64,000 bases of DNA, taken from Piromyces finnis finn (Eukaryota; Fungi; Neocallimastigomycota). The translations under genes were made by a program, and so were the position numbers. This document shows, piece after piece, positions 23,339-34,987 of this stretch (positions are counted from its first letter, which is position 1; every line of letters starts with the position of its first letter). The notes beneath the pieces are model-generated. The model did no database searches, was not told where the DNA came from, and saw only the letters and a list, made by a program, of their open reading frames with translations. The stretch covers positions 62,001-126,000 of the forward strand of contig MCFH01000087.1 in NCBI GenBank assembly GCA_002104945.1, read 5' to 3'.

Positions 23339-23747
23339 TGTAACGAATCATAGAAATTAGTAACCTGTCTTAGTGGTTAGTAACTAAGACCTTGGTTTGA
23401 ACTACTCGAGTTCGAAACCTCATTAATATCTTTTTTTTAATTATTAAAATATTTTATAACGAAATTTTACCAAAGAAGATAATTTCTGATTGGCTTAAAA
23501 AATTAAGTTGTAAAATTTTTATAAATTTACTTTTAAAAACATTTATATAAATACGAGTGAAATTTCTCAAAAAATTATTTTGAATTCGAGTTTTTATTAA
23601 CAAAGAAATTTTATAATAAAAATAAAATTATTAAACACTAACCTGTTATAATTTTGTTAAGTGTTCAATAATAAAATTTTTATTTGCTTTTATTATTTTC
23701 CTTTTTATATATTTGTGTTTTTATTTATTGAACATTAGTTCTTTACA
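23339..23747 (+). repeat. 5' LTR of element E
   Basis: 409 bp; matches 29062-29471. Confidence 0.95.
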
Positions 23748-24449
23748 ATAAAAACTCCTAAAATATATAATAACACCTTAGTGTTTAAAAAAGGAAGAAT
23801 TTTTAATTTATTAAAAAATTAAGTAAGTCAGTGAAGCTTATTTTAACAATAAGGGTACTGAAAACAAAAGTAAAACCCACAGTTATTATAAGGGGAGCGC
23901 CAGGACGCTTAATTTAATAATAAAGAAAAAATTCATTTTCTAATAAAACGTTTTCTACTTTTAATAAATAAAATTAAATTTTATTTATTATTTTTGAAAA
24001 AATATTAAAATAACAAAGAAGTTAGGATTCAATACCTCCCTTAGCGTGGATAGTTGGACACCTATACGTAATACTTTGTTGTTTAGATATTATTAATAAT
24101 CGGGGAATTAAACCTATTTTTTTTCTTTCCGCTTAATTAAGTAAGTGACAATAAAGAAACTAATACCGTTAATTCCTTTTATTGAAAATTTTCATTTCCA
24201 ATATTAACAATTGATAATATCTACGTTATCAACAAAGAGCTACAAGGGACCTAGTATTGAATACTAATAAAATTAAATATTTGATGGTCCAATACTATTT
24301 AATTTGACTCTTTGTCTATATTTAAAATATTTTAATCAATAAATAATAATAAAGATTTAATTTTTTTTTTCTTTCTTAATTTCTTCAAACATAACTTTAT
24401 CTTATTTACATAATTTTTATTTTCAAACAATTATATTTTTTTAATTTTA

Positions 24450-27400
24450 ATGGAAGGACAAATATTTGATAACGCCTCACTAAAAGACGGTTTCGCAGGA
24501 GACAGAAAATATCTCAAAGGTTTCTTAGCCAAAATAGAACTTGTTTTTCTCCTTTATCCCGAAAGATATCAAGATGAAGAGAGCAAGGTTATCTACCTGA
24601 TTTCTCGCCTTTATGGAAATGCATTAAATTGGGCCGCTACGCTTATTGACAACCATGATCCATGTCTGACCAACTACCAAGCATTCAAGGAAAGACTAAA
24701 GGCATTCTACGGGAACAATGATGCAGTCTACGTAGCCAATCAAATGCTACGTACTCTCAAGCAACATCGTTTGGGCGGCATCAGAGGATACATCCTTGAA
24801 TTTAACAAATACTCTGATGAATCTAACTGGAATGAAGAGGCTAAGATGGATGCTTTTATCGCTGGGCTCAACCAAGAAGTTGCAATGAAGATATTAGAGA
24901 TGTTCCCAGGACCAAGAGATTTGTTTTCCCTCCAAACTATTGCAGCTAGAATAGACTCCAGACTTGCTACCAGGGGATTATTTTTTGACAAAAATACTAA
25001 GGGACCAAGTTCTAATTCCAGCAATGGCTCCAGAAAGGCTTCCACAAATCTAAAAGAACATCCCAAGAAGAAAAGATACTTTGGTCCGTTATCCAAGGAA
25101 GAAAAAGAAAGAAGAAGTAAGGAAAACTTATGTGTCTATTGTGGATCTCCAGGACACCAACTGAAAGATTGTCATAAGAGAAGAAATAAAAACTCAGCAT
25201 TCGAATCTTTAGTTTCTCTACAAAATAATTCTACCAATTCCAAGAAAAATCAACAAGATAGGGTAACCTCAAATTTTAAATTATCGTTTGAACTAGACAC
25301 AAAAATTCTTATAGACTCCGGTTCTACACTTAATCTAATAGATGTCGACTATTGCAACGATCACAATATTCCCTACCACTATGAAGAAGATTTACCCAAC
25401 GTATTCGGTATTGGTGGTAGCCAAAAACTGTTCGGAGTTACTCCACTTCTTAATCTTCGCTACATGGATCACCTATGCCGTACTGTCTTTTACGTTACTG
25501 ATCTACCTGTATATCCTTGTATTCTAGGTCTACGTTGGCTTAAGGAACATAATCCAAGTATTGACTTTGAAAATAATAAATTATCCTTTGGTTCTTCATA
25601 TTGCTTGGATCATTGTATGACTCTCCCTTCGAATGTTCCCGAATTCCATCAGGAAACTTCTGTTTTTTCTACTGATTGCAATAACTCTTCTTCTGTTTCT
25701 TTGCCTATTTTTATTGACAAACCTAAATCTTCTTTTTCAAATTCTAAGTTATCTCATTCTCGTAATCCCAAAGAAAATCGTTCTAAATCTGTCTTAATTA
25801 ACAATGAATCTGTTAACGATCCTTTATCACAAGAGACTTGTACTGTCATGGCTTCTAATATATCTCTTTCTAAAGTTGATTCTTGTTCACCAAAAAACTC
25901 TTTTAAAGACTCAAATCCTACTACTAAACTTCCGAAGGAATTAGAATCATATATGGACGTCTTTAGCGAATCTTCTGCTGCTCAATTACCACCTCATCGT
26001 CCTTATGATTGCCAAATAAACCTAATCGAAAATGCCAAGCTATTTTATGGACCAATCTACCCACTAACAGACGAAGAAACAAGAGTTTTGAAGGATTATA
26101 TCGATGAAAACCTCAAAAAGGGTTTCATTAGGAAATCCAAATCTCCTGCTGGTGCGCCTGTACTTTTCGTTCCTAAAAAGAATGGTGAACTCCGTCTTTG
26201 TCAAGATTATAGGGAACTCAACAAAATTACCATTAGAGATTCCTATCCTCTACCTCTGATTCAAGATATGCTAGAGCATCTTGGTAAAGCGAAAATCTTC
26301 TCAAAATTGGATTTACGATCAGCATATAATTTGGTCCGAATCAAAAAGGGTGATGAATATAAAACAGCTTTCACCTGCAAATTCGGCCACTTTGAATACC
26401 TGGTAATGCCATTCGGACTGAAAAACGCCCCGGCTGTTTTTCAGCATTTTATCAATGATGTTCTGGAAAATATTCTAGGGATTTTTGTTTATTCATATAT
26501 TGACGATTTAATTATTTTTTCTGAAAACCATAAATCCCACATTAAGCACGTTATCGAAGTCCTGGATCGCTTAAGAAATGCTGGTCTTTATGCTAAGCTT
26601 GAAAAGTGTGAATTCTTTGTTTCCTCTATTGATTTCCTTGGTCATCGGATATCCTCTGAAGGTATACATATGGACCCCAATAAAGTTTCTGCTATTATTA
26701 ATTGGCCAGTTCCGTCCAGTGTCAAGGAAGTTCAATCTTTTATTGGCCTAGCCAACTACTATCGTCGGTTTATTCCTAATTTTGCCAAAGTTGCACAACC
26801 CCTTCACAGACTACTTCGTAAAAACGTTAAATTTGATTTTTCCTCTGAAGCTCTTGATGCATTTAATACCATTAAATCATTAATTTCATCTGCTCCCATC
26901 CTGTCTCACCCAAATCGTGATCTTCCCTTTATTGTTGAAACCGACTCTAGCAACTTTGCTATAGGAGCAGTTCTGTCTCAAAAATCTCCTGATGATAAAA
27001 TGATCCATCCTGTCGCTTTCTATTCAAGATCTCTTACTTCCGCTGAAAGAAACTATCCTATATACGATAAAGAACTTTTAGCTATTGTTAATGCTCTTGA
27101 AACTTGGCGACATTTTCTCAAAGGTGCTTTAACCCCGTTTACTATTTATTCAGATCATCGAAACTTACTATATCAAAAGAAACCGGAAAAAATGTCACAA
27201 CGTCTTGTTCGTTGGGCCCTTTTCCTTTCCGAATTTAACTTTAAAATTCTCTACCGCTCTGGTTCATCTAATGGTAAACCTGATGCGCTTTCACGAAGAC
27301 CTGATTATATGGATTCCTCTCTTCCTTCTGATGCTCCTTTTTCGGTTTTACGCCCTGAGAATTTCTGCGCTTTGATTTGTTCCATTTCTTCTCTTAATGA

Positions 27401-28814
27401 TGAAATATTATCTGAATATGTGAACGACTCTTTTTACATTGACATTTGCAATTTTCTTGAAAATAAGAATCTCCCAGCTCCACATCCACAAAGTAATAAA
27501 TTCTCCCTTAGTAATAGTTTTCTTCTTTTTGATAGTAGAATCTATGTCCCTTTAAAATGCCGTCCCTCCGTTTTGAAACTCTGTCATGATTCCCCCTCTG
27601 CCGGTCATTTTGGTATCCGCAAAACTATTTCTTTGATCTCTCGTGACTTTTGGTGGCCATCCATTTCTATTGATGTTAAGAATTATATCCGATCTTGCGA
27701 GATTTGTTGCCGCTCCAAGCCTTCTCGTCATAAACCATATGGTTTACTTCAACCCCTTGAGATTAGTGACCATCCTTGGGCTTCTATTTCTATGGATTTC
27801 ATTACTGACCTCCCTCCTTCGGATGGATTTAACACTATTCTTGTTGTAGTTGACCGCCTTACTAAAATGTGCCACCTCATTCCCTTTAAAGGTATTCCTT
27901 CTGCTTCTGATACTGCTTTTGCTTTTTTGAATTATATTTTCAAAATTCACGGTCTCCCCTCTGAAATTATTTCCGATAGAGGCGCGCAATTCACTTCGAA
28001 ATTTTGGAAATCTATTTGTCAATCTTTGGACGTCAATGTTAAATATTCTTCACCATATCATCATCAATCCAATGGCCAAACGGAGAGGGTAAACTCCGTT
28101 GTTGAACAATATTTAAGATGCTTTTCTAATTATAAAGGAACAAACTGGATCAACTTTCTTCCATTGGCAGAATTCAGTTACAATAATGCTGTTCAAGACT
28201 CAACAAAATTCTCACCATTCTTCCTAAATTATGGTTATCACCCAAAATACTCTCCGGTAATTCCTGACCAAACGAATGTTCCAAGAGCTGAAGAGTTTAC
28301 AAGAGACTTTGAAGACCTAATGGAGAAACTAAAAGAAAACTTAAAGAAGGCCATCCAAGTTCAAAAGAAATATGCCGACAAGTATAGACAAGAACCTCCG
28401 ACATTCAAGACTGGTGACAAAGTATGGTTGGATAGCTCCTTGATAATTCATAAAGGAAATAAAAAATTTAATCCTAGGAAACTTGGCCCGTTTAGGATAA
28501 TTAGTAAAATCTCTAATCTCACTTATAAATTAGAATTACCAAAATCGCTGAAGATTTACCCAATTGTTCATGTTTCAAACCTAGAACCGTATTATGAAGA
28601 TAGTTTTGGAAGAATCAAAGATCCACCTCCACCTATAATAGTAAATGAAGAAGAAGAATACGAAGTAGAAGAAATACTTGATAAAAGAAAGCATTATGGG
28701 AAGATTCAATATCTAATAAAATGGAAAGGTTATCCGCTTTCAGAAGCATCTTGGGAACCTGAAAGTAATTTAAACTGCGATGAACTAATTAAAAACTTTA
28801 ATAATTCACATTAG
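24450..28814 (+). CDS. Element E Gag-Pol polyprotein with C-terminal chromodomain
   Basis: CVYCGSPGHQLKDC; LIDSGS; LDLRSAY and YIDD; ETDSSNFAIG; HDSPSAGH...CEIC; [11 protein letters not shown]...YLIKWKGY...SWEP. Confidence 0.96.
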   Translation: MEGQIFDNASLKDGFAGDRKYLKGFLAKIELVFLLYPERYQDEESKVIYLISRLYGNALNWAATLIDNHDPCLTNYQAFKERLKAFYGNNDAVYVANQMLRTLKQHRLGGIRGYILEFNKYSDESNWNEEAKMDAFIAGLNQEVAMKILEMFPGPRDLFSLQTIAARIDSRLATRGLFFDKNTKGPSSNSSNGSRKASTNLKEHPKKKRYFGPLSKEEKERRSKENLCVYCGSPGHQLKDCHKRRNKNSAFESLVSLQNNSTNSKKNQQDRVTSNFKLSFELDTKILIDSGSTLNLIDVDYCNDHNIPYHYEEDLPNVFGIGGSQKLFGVTPLLNLRYMDHLCRTVFYVTDLPVYPCILGLRWLKEHNPSIDFENNKLSFGSSYCLDHCMTLPSNVPEFHQETSVFSTDCNNSSSVSLPIFIDKPKSSFSNSKLSHSRNPKENRSKSVLINNESVNDPLSQETCTVMASNISLSKVDSCSPKNSFKDSNPTTKLPKELESYMDVFSESSAAQLPPHRPYDCQINLIENAKLFYGPIYPLTDEETRVLKDYIDENLKKGFIRKSKSPAGAPVLFVPKKNGELRLCQDYRELNKITIRDSYPLPLIQDMLEHLGKAKIFSKLDLRSAYNLVRIKKGDEYKTAFTCKFGHFEYLVMPFGLKNAPAVFQHFINDVLENILGIFVYSYIDDLIIFSENHKSHIKHVIEVLDRLRNAGLYAKLEKCEFFVSSIDFLGHRISSEGIHMDPNKVSAIINWPVPSSVKEVQSFIGLANYYRRFIPNFAKVAQPLHRLLRKNVKFDFSSEALDAFNTIKSLISSAPILSHPNRDLPFIVETDSSNFAIGAVLSQKSPDDKMIHPVAFYSRSLTSAERNYPIYDKELLAIVNALETWRHFLKGALTPFTIYSDHRNLLYQKKPEKMSQRLVRWALFLSEFNFKILYRSGSSNGKPDALSRRPDYMDSSLPSDAPFSVLRPENFCALICSISSLNDEILSEYVNDSFYIDICNFLENKNLPAPHPQSNKFSLSNSFLLFDSRIYVPLKCRPSVLKLCHDSPSAGHFGIRKTISLISRDFWWPSISIDVKNYIRSCEICCRSKPSRHKPYGLLQPLEISDHPWASISMDFITDLPPSDGFNTILVVVDRLTKMCHLIPFKGIPSASDTAFAFLNYIFKIHGLPSEIISDRGAQFTSKFWKSICQSLDVNVKYSSPYHHQSNGQTERVNSVVEQYLRCFSNYKGTNWINFLPLAEFSYNNAVQDSTKFSPFFLNYGYHPKYSPVIPDQTNVPRAEEFTRDFEDLMEKLKENLKKAIQVQKKYADKYRQEPPTFKTGDKVWLDSSLIIHKGNKKFNPRKLGPFRIISKISNLTYKLELPKSLKIYPIVHVSNLEPYYEDSFGRIKDPPPPIIVNEEEEYEVEEILDKRKHYGKIQYLIKWKGYPLSEASWEPESNLNCDELIKNFNNSH

Positions 28815-28917
28815 TAATAGTTATTAATTTAAAAAAAAATTAGTAATTGATAAGAGAAAAAGAGAATAGAAAATAGAAAATAGAAAATGAAAAAATATAT
28901 TTATAATTTAATATTCA

Positions 28918-28963
<46 letters not shown>

Positions 28964-29061
28964 TTCAAAATGTATTCACTCGTTTCAATTATTTCTTTTA
29001 TAATAAAGTAACAAATAAATTTAGTTGATTCGTCTGGTATCCGAATCCTGGAGGAGGACCA

Positions 29062-29471
29062 TGTAACGAATCATAGAAATTAGTAACCTGTCTTAGTGGT
29101 TAGTAACTAAGACCTTGGTTTGAACTACTCGAGTTCGAAACCTCATTAATATCTTTTTTTTTAATTATTAAAATATTTTATAACGAAATTTTACCAAAGA
29201 AGATAATTTCTGATTGGCTTAAAAAATTAAGTTGTAAAATTTTTATAAATTTACTTTTAAAAACATTTATATAAATACGAGTGAAATTTCTCAAAAAATT
29301 ATTTGGAATTCGAGTTTTTATTAACAAAGAAATTTTATAATAAAAATAAAATTATTAAACACTAACCTGTTATAATTTTGTTAAGTGTTCAATAATAAAA
29401 TTTTTATTTGCTTTTATTATTTTCCTTTTTATATATTTGTGTTTTTATTTATTGAACATTAGTTCTTTACA
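29062..29471 (+). repeat. 3' LTR of element E
   Basis: 410 bp; copy of the 5' LTR. Confidence 0.95.
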
Positions 29472-29500
29472 CTTATAATTTAATATTAAAATATCAAATT

Positions 29501-29881
29501 TGTAACGAAATATTATAATAATAAACACACACACTCTAATGTATCAAATATATGTATTTTTTTTTTAATAATGTTTATTTATTAAATTTATTATTATAAT
29601 ACGACTAACTCGCTAGGTCAGTGTATTATCAAACTAAAGACGAAACAAAAAAAAACTAATTTTTATTAATTATTAATAAAAACACTAAAGAACTATTTTA
29701 TCTTTCTTATTCTCTCTTTTATACATGAAAATTATTTTTTTTTTTTTTTTTTTTTAATACAATTTGATAAGTGAATTAATTACTTAATGATTGGTTATAA
29801 AAATATAATTATGAAATTTTCATTAATCTAACCTTAATGATTTTCTAGTCTAACCCTTATCATTAGATATACCTCATTACA
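29501..29881 (-). repeat. 3' LTR of element F
   Basis: 381 bp; differs from 34606-34987 in poly-T length only, as far as seen. Confidence 0.95.
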
Positions 29882-30296
29882 AGCTCCTCCTCTAAATTCG
29901 GATTCCAGACGAATTTATAAGCTAATAATTTTTTTTTTTTTTTTTTTTTTTTTAAATAGGCAGTTGATTTCATATGAGAATTAAAAGGTGTGGTACAATG
30001 GTCGAGTAGTTGGCAATGAACTAGAAGGTTGTGGGTTCGAAGTCGGGGTTGGTAGAGTAACTTTGATGTAAGGCGGGTTGGCGCCAAGACTAAAGTATGT
30101 CCAACAAGTACTAGAGGTTTCATAGGCAAGGTTCCAATATGGCCGTTTGATAGTACTTGTTCTTGGTACGCTTGTAAGTCCAGTAAATCCCTATGGGAGC
30201 TTCGCCAAAACGGTATCGGTTAAGTTTATTCTAAAAATTAATATTCCCTCATTTGTGTCTAAAAATTAATGAAAATTAGTTAATTTTATTATTATT

Positions 30297-30336
<40 letters not shown>

Positions 30337-30341
<5 letters not shown>

Positions 30342-33300
30342 GGGTCTTGTTGAATTCTCTTAGCTTTGCTGGACAGTTCAGATTTTCTTCGGGTTCCCAT
30401 GAGGCTTCTGAAATAGGATATCCTTTCCATTTGATCAAGTACTGAGTTTTGTTATAGCGTCTTCTTTTGTCCAGAATTTCTTCTACTTCGTATTCCTCCT
30501 CTTCGTTTATAATGACAGGTGGTGGAGGTTGAACTTTTCGGTTTGTACTTTTCCCTTCGAAGTAAGGCTCGAGAGATGATTTATGGAATACCGGATCAAT
30601 CTTCATGTTACCAGGGAGTTTCAATTTAAATGAGACTTCTGATATTTGTTGTTCAATTTCATAGGGACCGAGTTTCCGAGGGGTGAATTTTTTATTTCCC
30701 TTAACTAAATTATTATTGATTAACCATACCTTTTCTCCTGGTTTGAATGACGGGCCTGGTTGTCTATGTCTATTGGCGAAATGTTCTTGTTTCTTTTGGG
30801 CTTCCGAAAGGTTTTTCTTGAGGGTGCTGATAATTTCTTTTAATTCTTTTGTGTATTCTTCAGCTCTTGGAACTTCACTTGTTGTTGGAATTGTTGGATT
30901 AAAATTAGGATGGAAACCATAGTTCAAGAAGAAGGGTGTTTGTTTTGCAGATTCTTGAACTGAATTATTGTAACTAAATTCAGCTAGGCTTAAGTATTCG
31001 ATCCAGTTAGTGCCTTTGTAATTTGAGAAGCAGCGTAGATATTGTTCTACAACGGAGTTCACTCTCTCCGTCTGGCCATTGGATTGGTGGTGATAAGCAG
31101 AAGAGTATTTCAAATCAATCTTGAGGGTAGCAAAGAATTTCTTCCAAAACTTTGAAGTGAACTGAGAACCTTGGTCGAGAACAATGTCGGAGGGGCATCC
31201 ATGAAGTTTGAAGACGTTGTTAATGAAAGCTTCGGCAGCACGTTCAGCAGTGGGAACTTTTTCAAGAGGGATAAAGTGAGCCATTTTTGTCAATCGATCA
31301 ATGACAACGAAGATACAGGTAAATCCACGAGAAGAGGGGAGGTCAGTGATAAAATCCATAGCAATGGAAGACCAGGGACGTTCACCTAAAGGAAGAGTGG
31401 ATAATAACCCGTAAGGTTTATGTCTAGAGGATTTCGAACGACAGCAGACCTCACAAGAACGGACATAGTCCTTAACATCCTGATACATTTTGGGCCACCA
31501 GTAGTTACGGGAAATCAAGGATAAAGTTTTTGAAATACCAAAATGGCCGGCAGCAGGGGAGTCATGACAAGAAGACAGAATTTCAACTCGGCAATCATTA
31601 GGAACATAGATTTTATCTTGGAAAAGGAGGACGTTGTTACTAAGTTTGTAGTCAGAAGAACAATTATCATTGAGAAGTTGATTAGAAGTCTCAATGAAGA
31701 ATTTGTCAAGTTTACAAGAGAGAGCAATTTTTTCAAGAAGAGAAGAAGGAGTGGATGAAGCAAAGCAGGAGCTGAAATTTTCGGGACGAAAGACAGAGTT
31801 ATTAGAATCGGAATTGCAAGAGTGAACAAGATAGTCAGGTCTTCTTGACAAGGCATCGGTTTTCCCGTTCGAGGAACCAGGGCGATATTCAATGACAAAA
31901 TCGAATTCAGCAAGGAAAAGGGACCATCTAATTAATCTCTGAGTCATCTTCTCCGGTTTCTTCTGAAAAAGGAGGTTTCTGTGGTCTGATATAATTTTGA
32001 AAGGATGATTCGCACCTTTCAAAAAATGTCTCCACACTTCTAAGGACGCGACGATAGCCAAAAGTTCTTTATCATAGATAGGGTAGTTCTTCTCCGGGTT
32101 TGTAAGGGATCTAGAAAAGAACGCAACAGGGTGAAGAATATTGTCGGACTTGTTGACTTGAGACAATACAGCACCTATGGCGAAGCTGCTTGCATCGGTT
32201 TCGACAACGAAAGGTAGGTCAACATCAGGATATGCAAGGATAGGCTGACTAATAAAATGCTTAACCAAAGCATCAAAAGCATCTTGAGCGGTATCGTTCC
32301 AAACGAAGGCGGTGTTCTTCTTGCAAAGTTGGTGGAGTGGGTGAGCAATCTTAGCAAAGCCAGGAATAAATCTACGATAATAGTTGGCTAAGCCTAGGAA
32401 AGATTGTAGTTCATGGACCGATTTAGGAGTCGGCCATTCCGCAATGGCTTTCACCTTATTAGGGTCCATTCCGATACCAGAGGCAGAGATTCTATGACCA
32501 AGGAAGTCAAGACAAGGAGAGTCGAATAGACATTTTTCAAGTTTAGCGTACAGTCCGGCTTCTTCGAGTCTACGAAGGACTTCATTGACGTGTTCATGAT
32601 GTTCGGCTATATTATCAGAGAAAATGATAATATCGTCAATATACGAAAAGACGAATTTACCGATAATGCCTTCAAGAACGTCGTTAATAAAATGTTGGAA
32701 GACTGCAGGAGCGTTCTTGAGACCGAAAGGCATTACCAGATATTCGAAATGGCCAAATTGACAGGTGAAGGCGGTCTTATATTCATCGCCTTCTTTGATT
32801 CTTACCAAGTTATAGGCGGATCGAAGATCTAACTTCGAGAACACCTTAGCTTTTCCTAGATGATCCAACATGTCTTGGATCAATGGGAGAGGGTACGAGT
32901 TCCTAATGGTGATTTCGTTCAAGCGGCGGTAGTCGATACACATACGAAGTTCTCCACTCTTCTTCGGGACAAACAGAACGGGAGCACCAGCTGGCGATTT
33001 GGATTTGCGGATAAACCCCTTTTTTAAATTTTCATTAATGGTTTCTTCTAATACCTTTGATTCTTTCTCAGTAAGTCGGTAGATTGGACCATAAAACAAG
33101 TTGCTATTTGGTCTCAGGTTGATCTCACAGTCGTACGGGCGATGAGGAGGGAGTTTATCAGCGAGCCTTTCCTCGAACACTTTGGAGTGTTGAGAGTAGT
33201 GAATTGGAATTTGGGGTGACTCAACTTCAGGTTCTTCTAAACAAGTGAATACATTGAAAGGGTATTCAGGTGTATTTCCAACTGACATTTCGTCCTTCGA

Positions 33301-34536
33301 TTGGTCTTCGAGTTCAGAAGTGGTAGAGCTAGCAGATTCTTTCCTTAAGCAATTTTCCTTACAGTATTCAGAATGATAGGAAACGTCCTTACTAGCAAAA
33401 TTGATTGTCGGATTGTGAAGGGCCAGCCAATCAGAGCCAAGAATACAACAGTAAGAAGGCAATTCTACGACGTAAAATTGTAACTGGCATGAGTGATTCA
33501 TGTGTTCCACAGTTATAGGCCAAGTCTGGCCGATAATCTTTTGGTGACCTCCGATACCTATAATTTGTGGGCATTTTACTTTGGTAATTATAGGGATCTC
33601 ATGGGCCTTAACAAAGGCGTGGTCTATCAAACAGAATTGTGAACCACTATCTAAGAGAACTTTAGTTCCGACAGATTTGTATGGAAGAACAACATCAACA
33701 TCGATAACAGTTTGAGGTAAAGAGGAGTTATCCGAAAGTCGAGTGGATTTTTCTTGTTCATTCAAAACATGGACCCCAGCATTATTAGTATGGTTTTCCT
33801 TTTTGGTTCTAATAGGGCATTCAGATAATCGGTGACCAGGTTTACCACAATATAAGCAGAGATTCTCTTTCATTCGGCGGCTACGTTCTTCACTTGAAAT
33901 GGGGCCAAAATTATTTTCCTTCTTGGGCTGAGTGGATTTACTTGTAGATCTTTCTGAGGAGCGGGATTGGAAGCTTTGTTTAGAACGGAAACTTCTATTG
34001 GATCTTCTGTTTATTTCCTCTTGGTGGCATGCCAATCTACTTCCTATACGACTGGCTATTGTTTGTAAGTTTATCAAGGTAGAAGGGCCAGGAAACATCT
34101 GAAGGATATGGGTGGCGATTCTATCGTCCAACCCATCAACAAAAGCATCCATCTTGGCTTGTTCATTCCAAGTGGATTCATCAGCATAGTAGTTAAATTC
34201 CTTGATATACTCTTGAGTATTGGATAGGCCATGTTGTTTGATCTTCTTGAGCTTTTGGTTGGCAGTATAGACCATATCCTGAAAACCAAAAGCAGCCTTC
34301 AGCTTTCCAACAAAGGCGCCATAATCCTGTAAGCAAGGATCATGGTTGTTAATCAAGGTAGCAGCCCAATTCATTGCATCCCCGTAGAGGCGACTAACGA
34401 CGTAGAAGACCTTTTCTCCATCGTCCCTTCCTATTTCAGGATGGATCATAAAGATCATGTCCATTTTGGCTAAGAATCCCTTCAGGTAGCGACGGTTGCC
34501 ATCAAAACCGTTCTTCAAATCAGCAGAGTTATCCAT
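30337..34536 (-). CDS. Element F Gag-Pol polyprotein with C-terminal chromodomain
   Basis: [14 protein letters not shown]; LLDSGS; LDLRSAY and YIDD; [10 protein letters not shown]; HDSPAAGH...CEVC; chromodomain [11 protein letters not shown]...WKGY...WEP. Confidence 0.96.
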
Positions 34537-34605
34537 AAAAAAAATTAGAAGTAAGCAAATAAACGAGGCACTGAGGTAGCGATCTTTTTCTTAGAGTGTT
34601 TTTAT

Positions 34606-34987
34606 TGTAACGAAATATTATAATAATAAACACACACACTCTAATGTATCAAATATATGTATTTTTTTTTTAATAATGTTTATTTATTAAATTTATTATT
34701 ATAATACGACTAACTCGCTAGGTCAGTGTATTATCAAACTAAAGACGAAACAAAAAAAAACTAATTTTTATTAATTATTAATAAAAACACTAAAGAACTA
34801 TTTTATCTTTCTTATTCTCTCTTTTATACATGAAAATTATTTTTTTTTTTTTTTTTTTTTTAATACAATTTGATAAGTGAATTAATTACTTAATGATTGG
34901 TTATAAAAATATAATTATGAAATTTTCATTAATCTAACCTTAATGATTTTCTAGTCTAACCCTTATCATTAGATATACCTCATTACA
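34606..34987 (-). repeat. 5' LTR of element F
   Basis: 382 bp; TATAAAA on the minus strand at 34822-34828. Confidence 0.95.

Larger units (their letters stand above)
23339..29471 (+). mobile_element. Chromovirus (Tf1/sushi-like Ty3/Gypsy) element E
   Basis: LTRs 23339-23747 and 29062-29471 (TGTAAC...TTTACA; one substitution and one poly-T indel seen), PPT GGAGGAGGACCA at 29050-29061, single gag-pol ORF with chromodomain. Flanks do not form a TSD. Confidence 0.95.
29501..34987 (-). mobile_element. Chromovirus element F, intact
   Basis: LTRs 29501-29881 and 34606-34987, 5-bp TSD AAATT (29496-29500 / 34988-34992), PPT AGAGGAGGAGCT on the minus strand at 29882-29893. Confidence 0.96.

Noticed and set aside
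23367-23422. Functional tRNA gene in the E LTR or at 36054-36110
   Set aside because: Anticodon and acceptor stems do not pair, so it is reported only as a tRNA-like box module.
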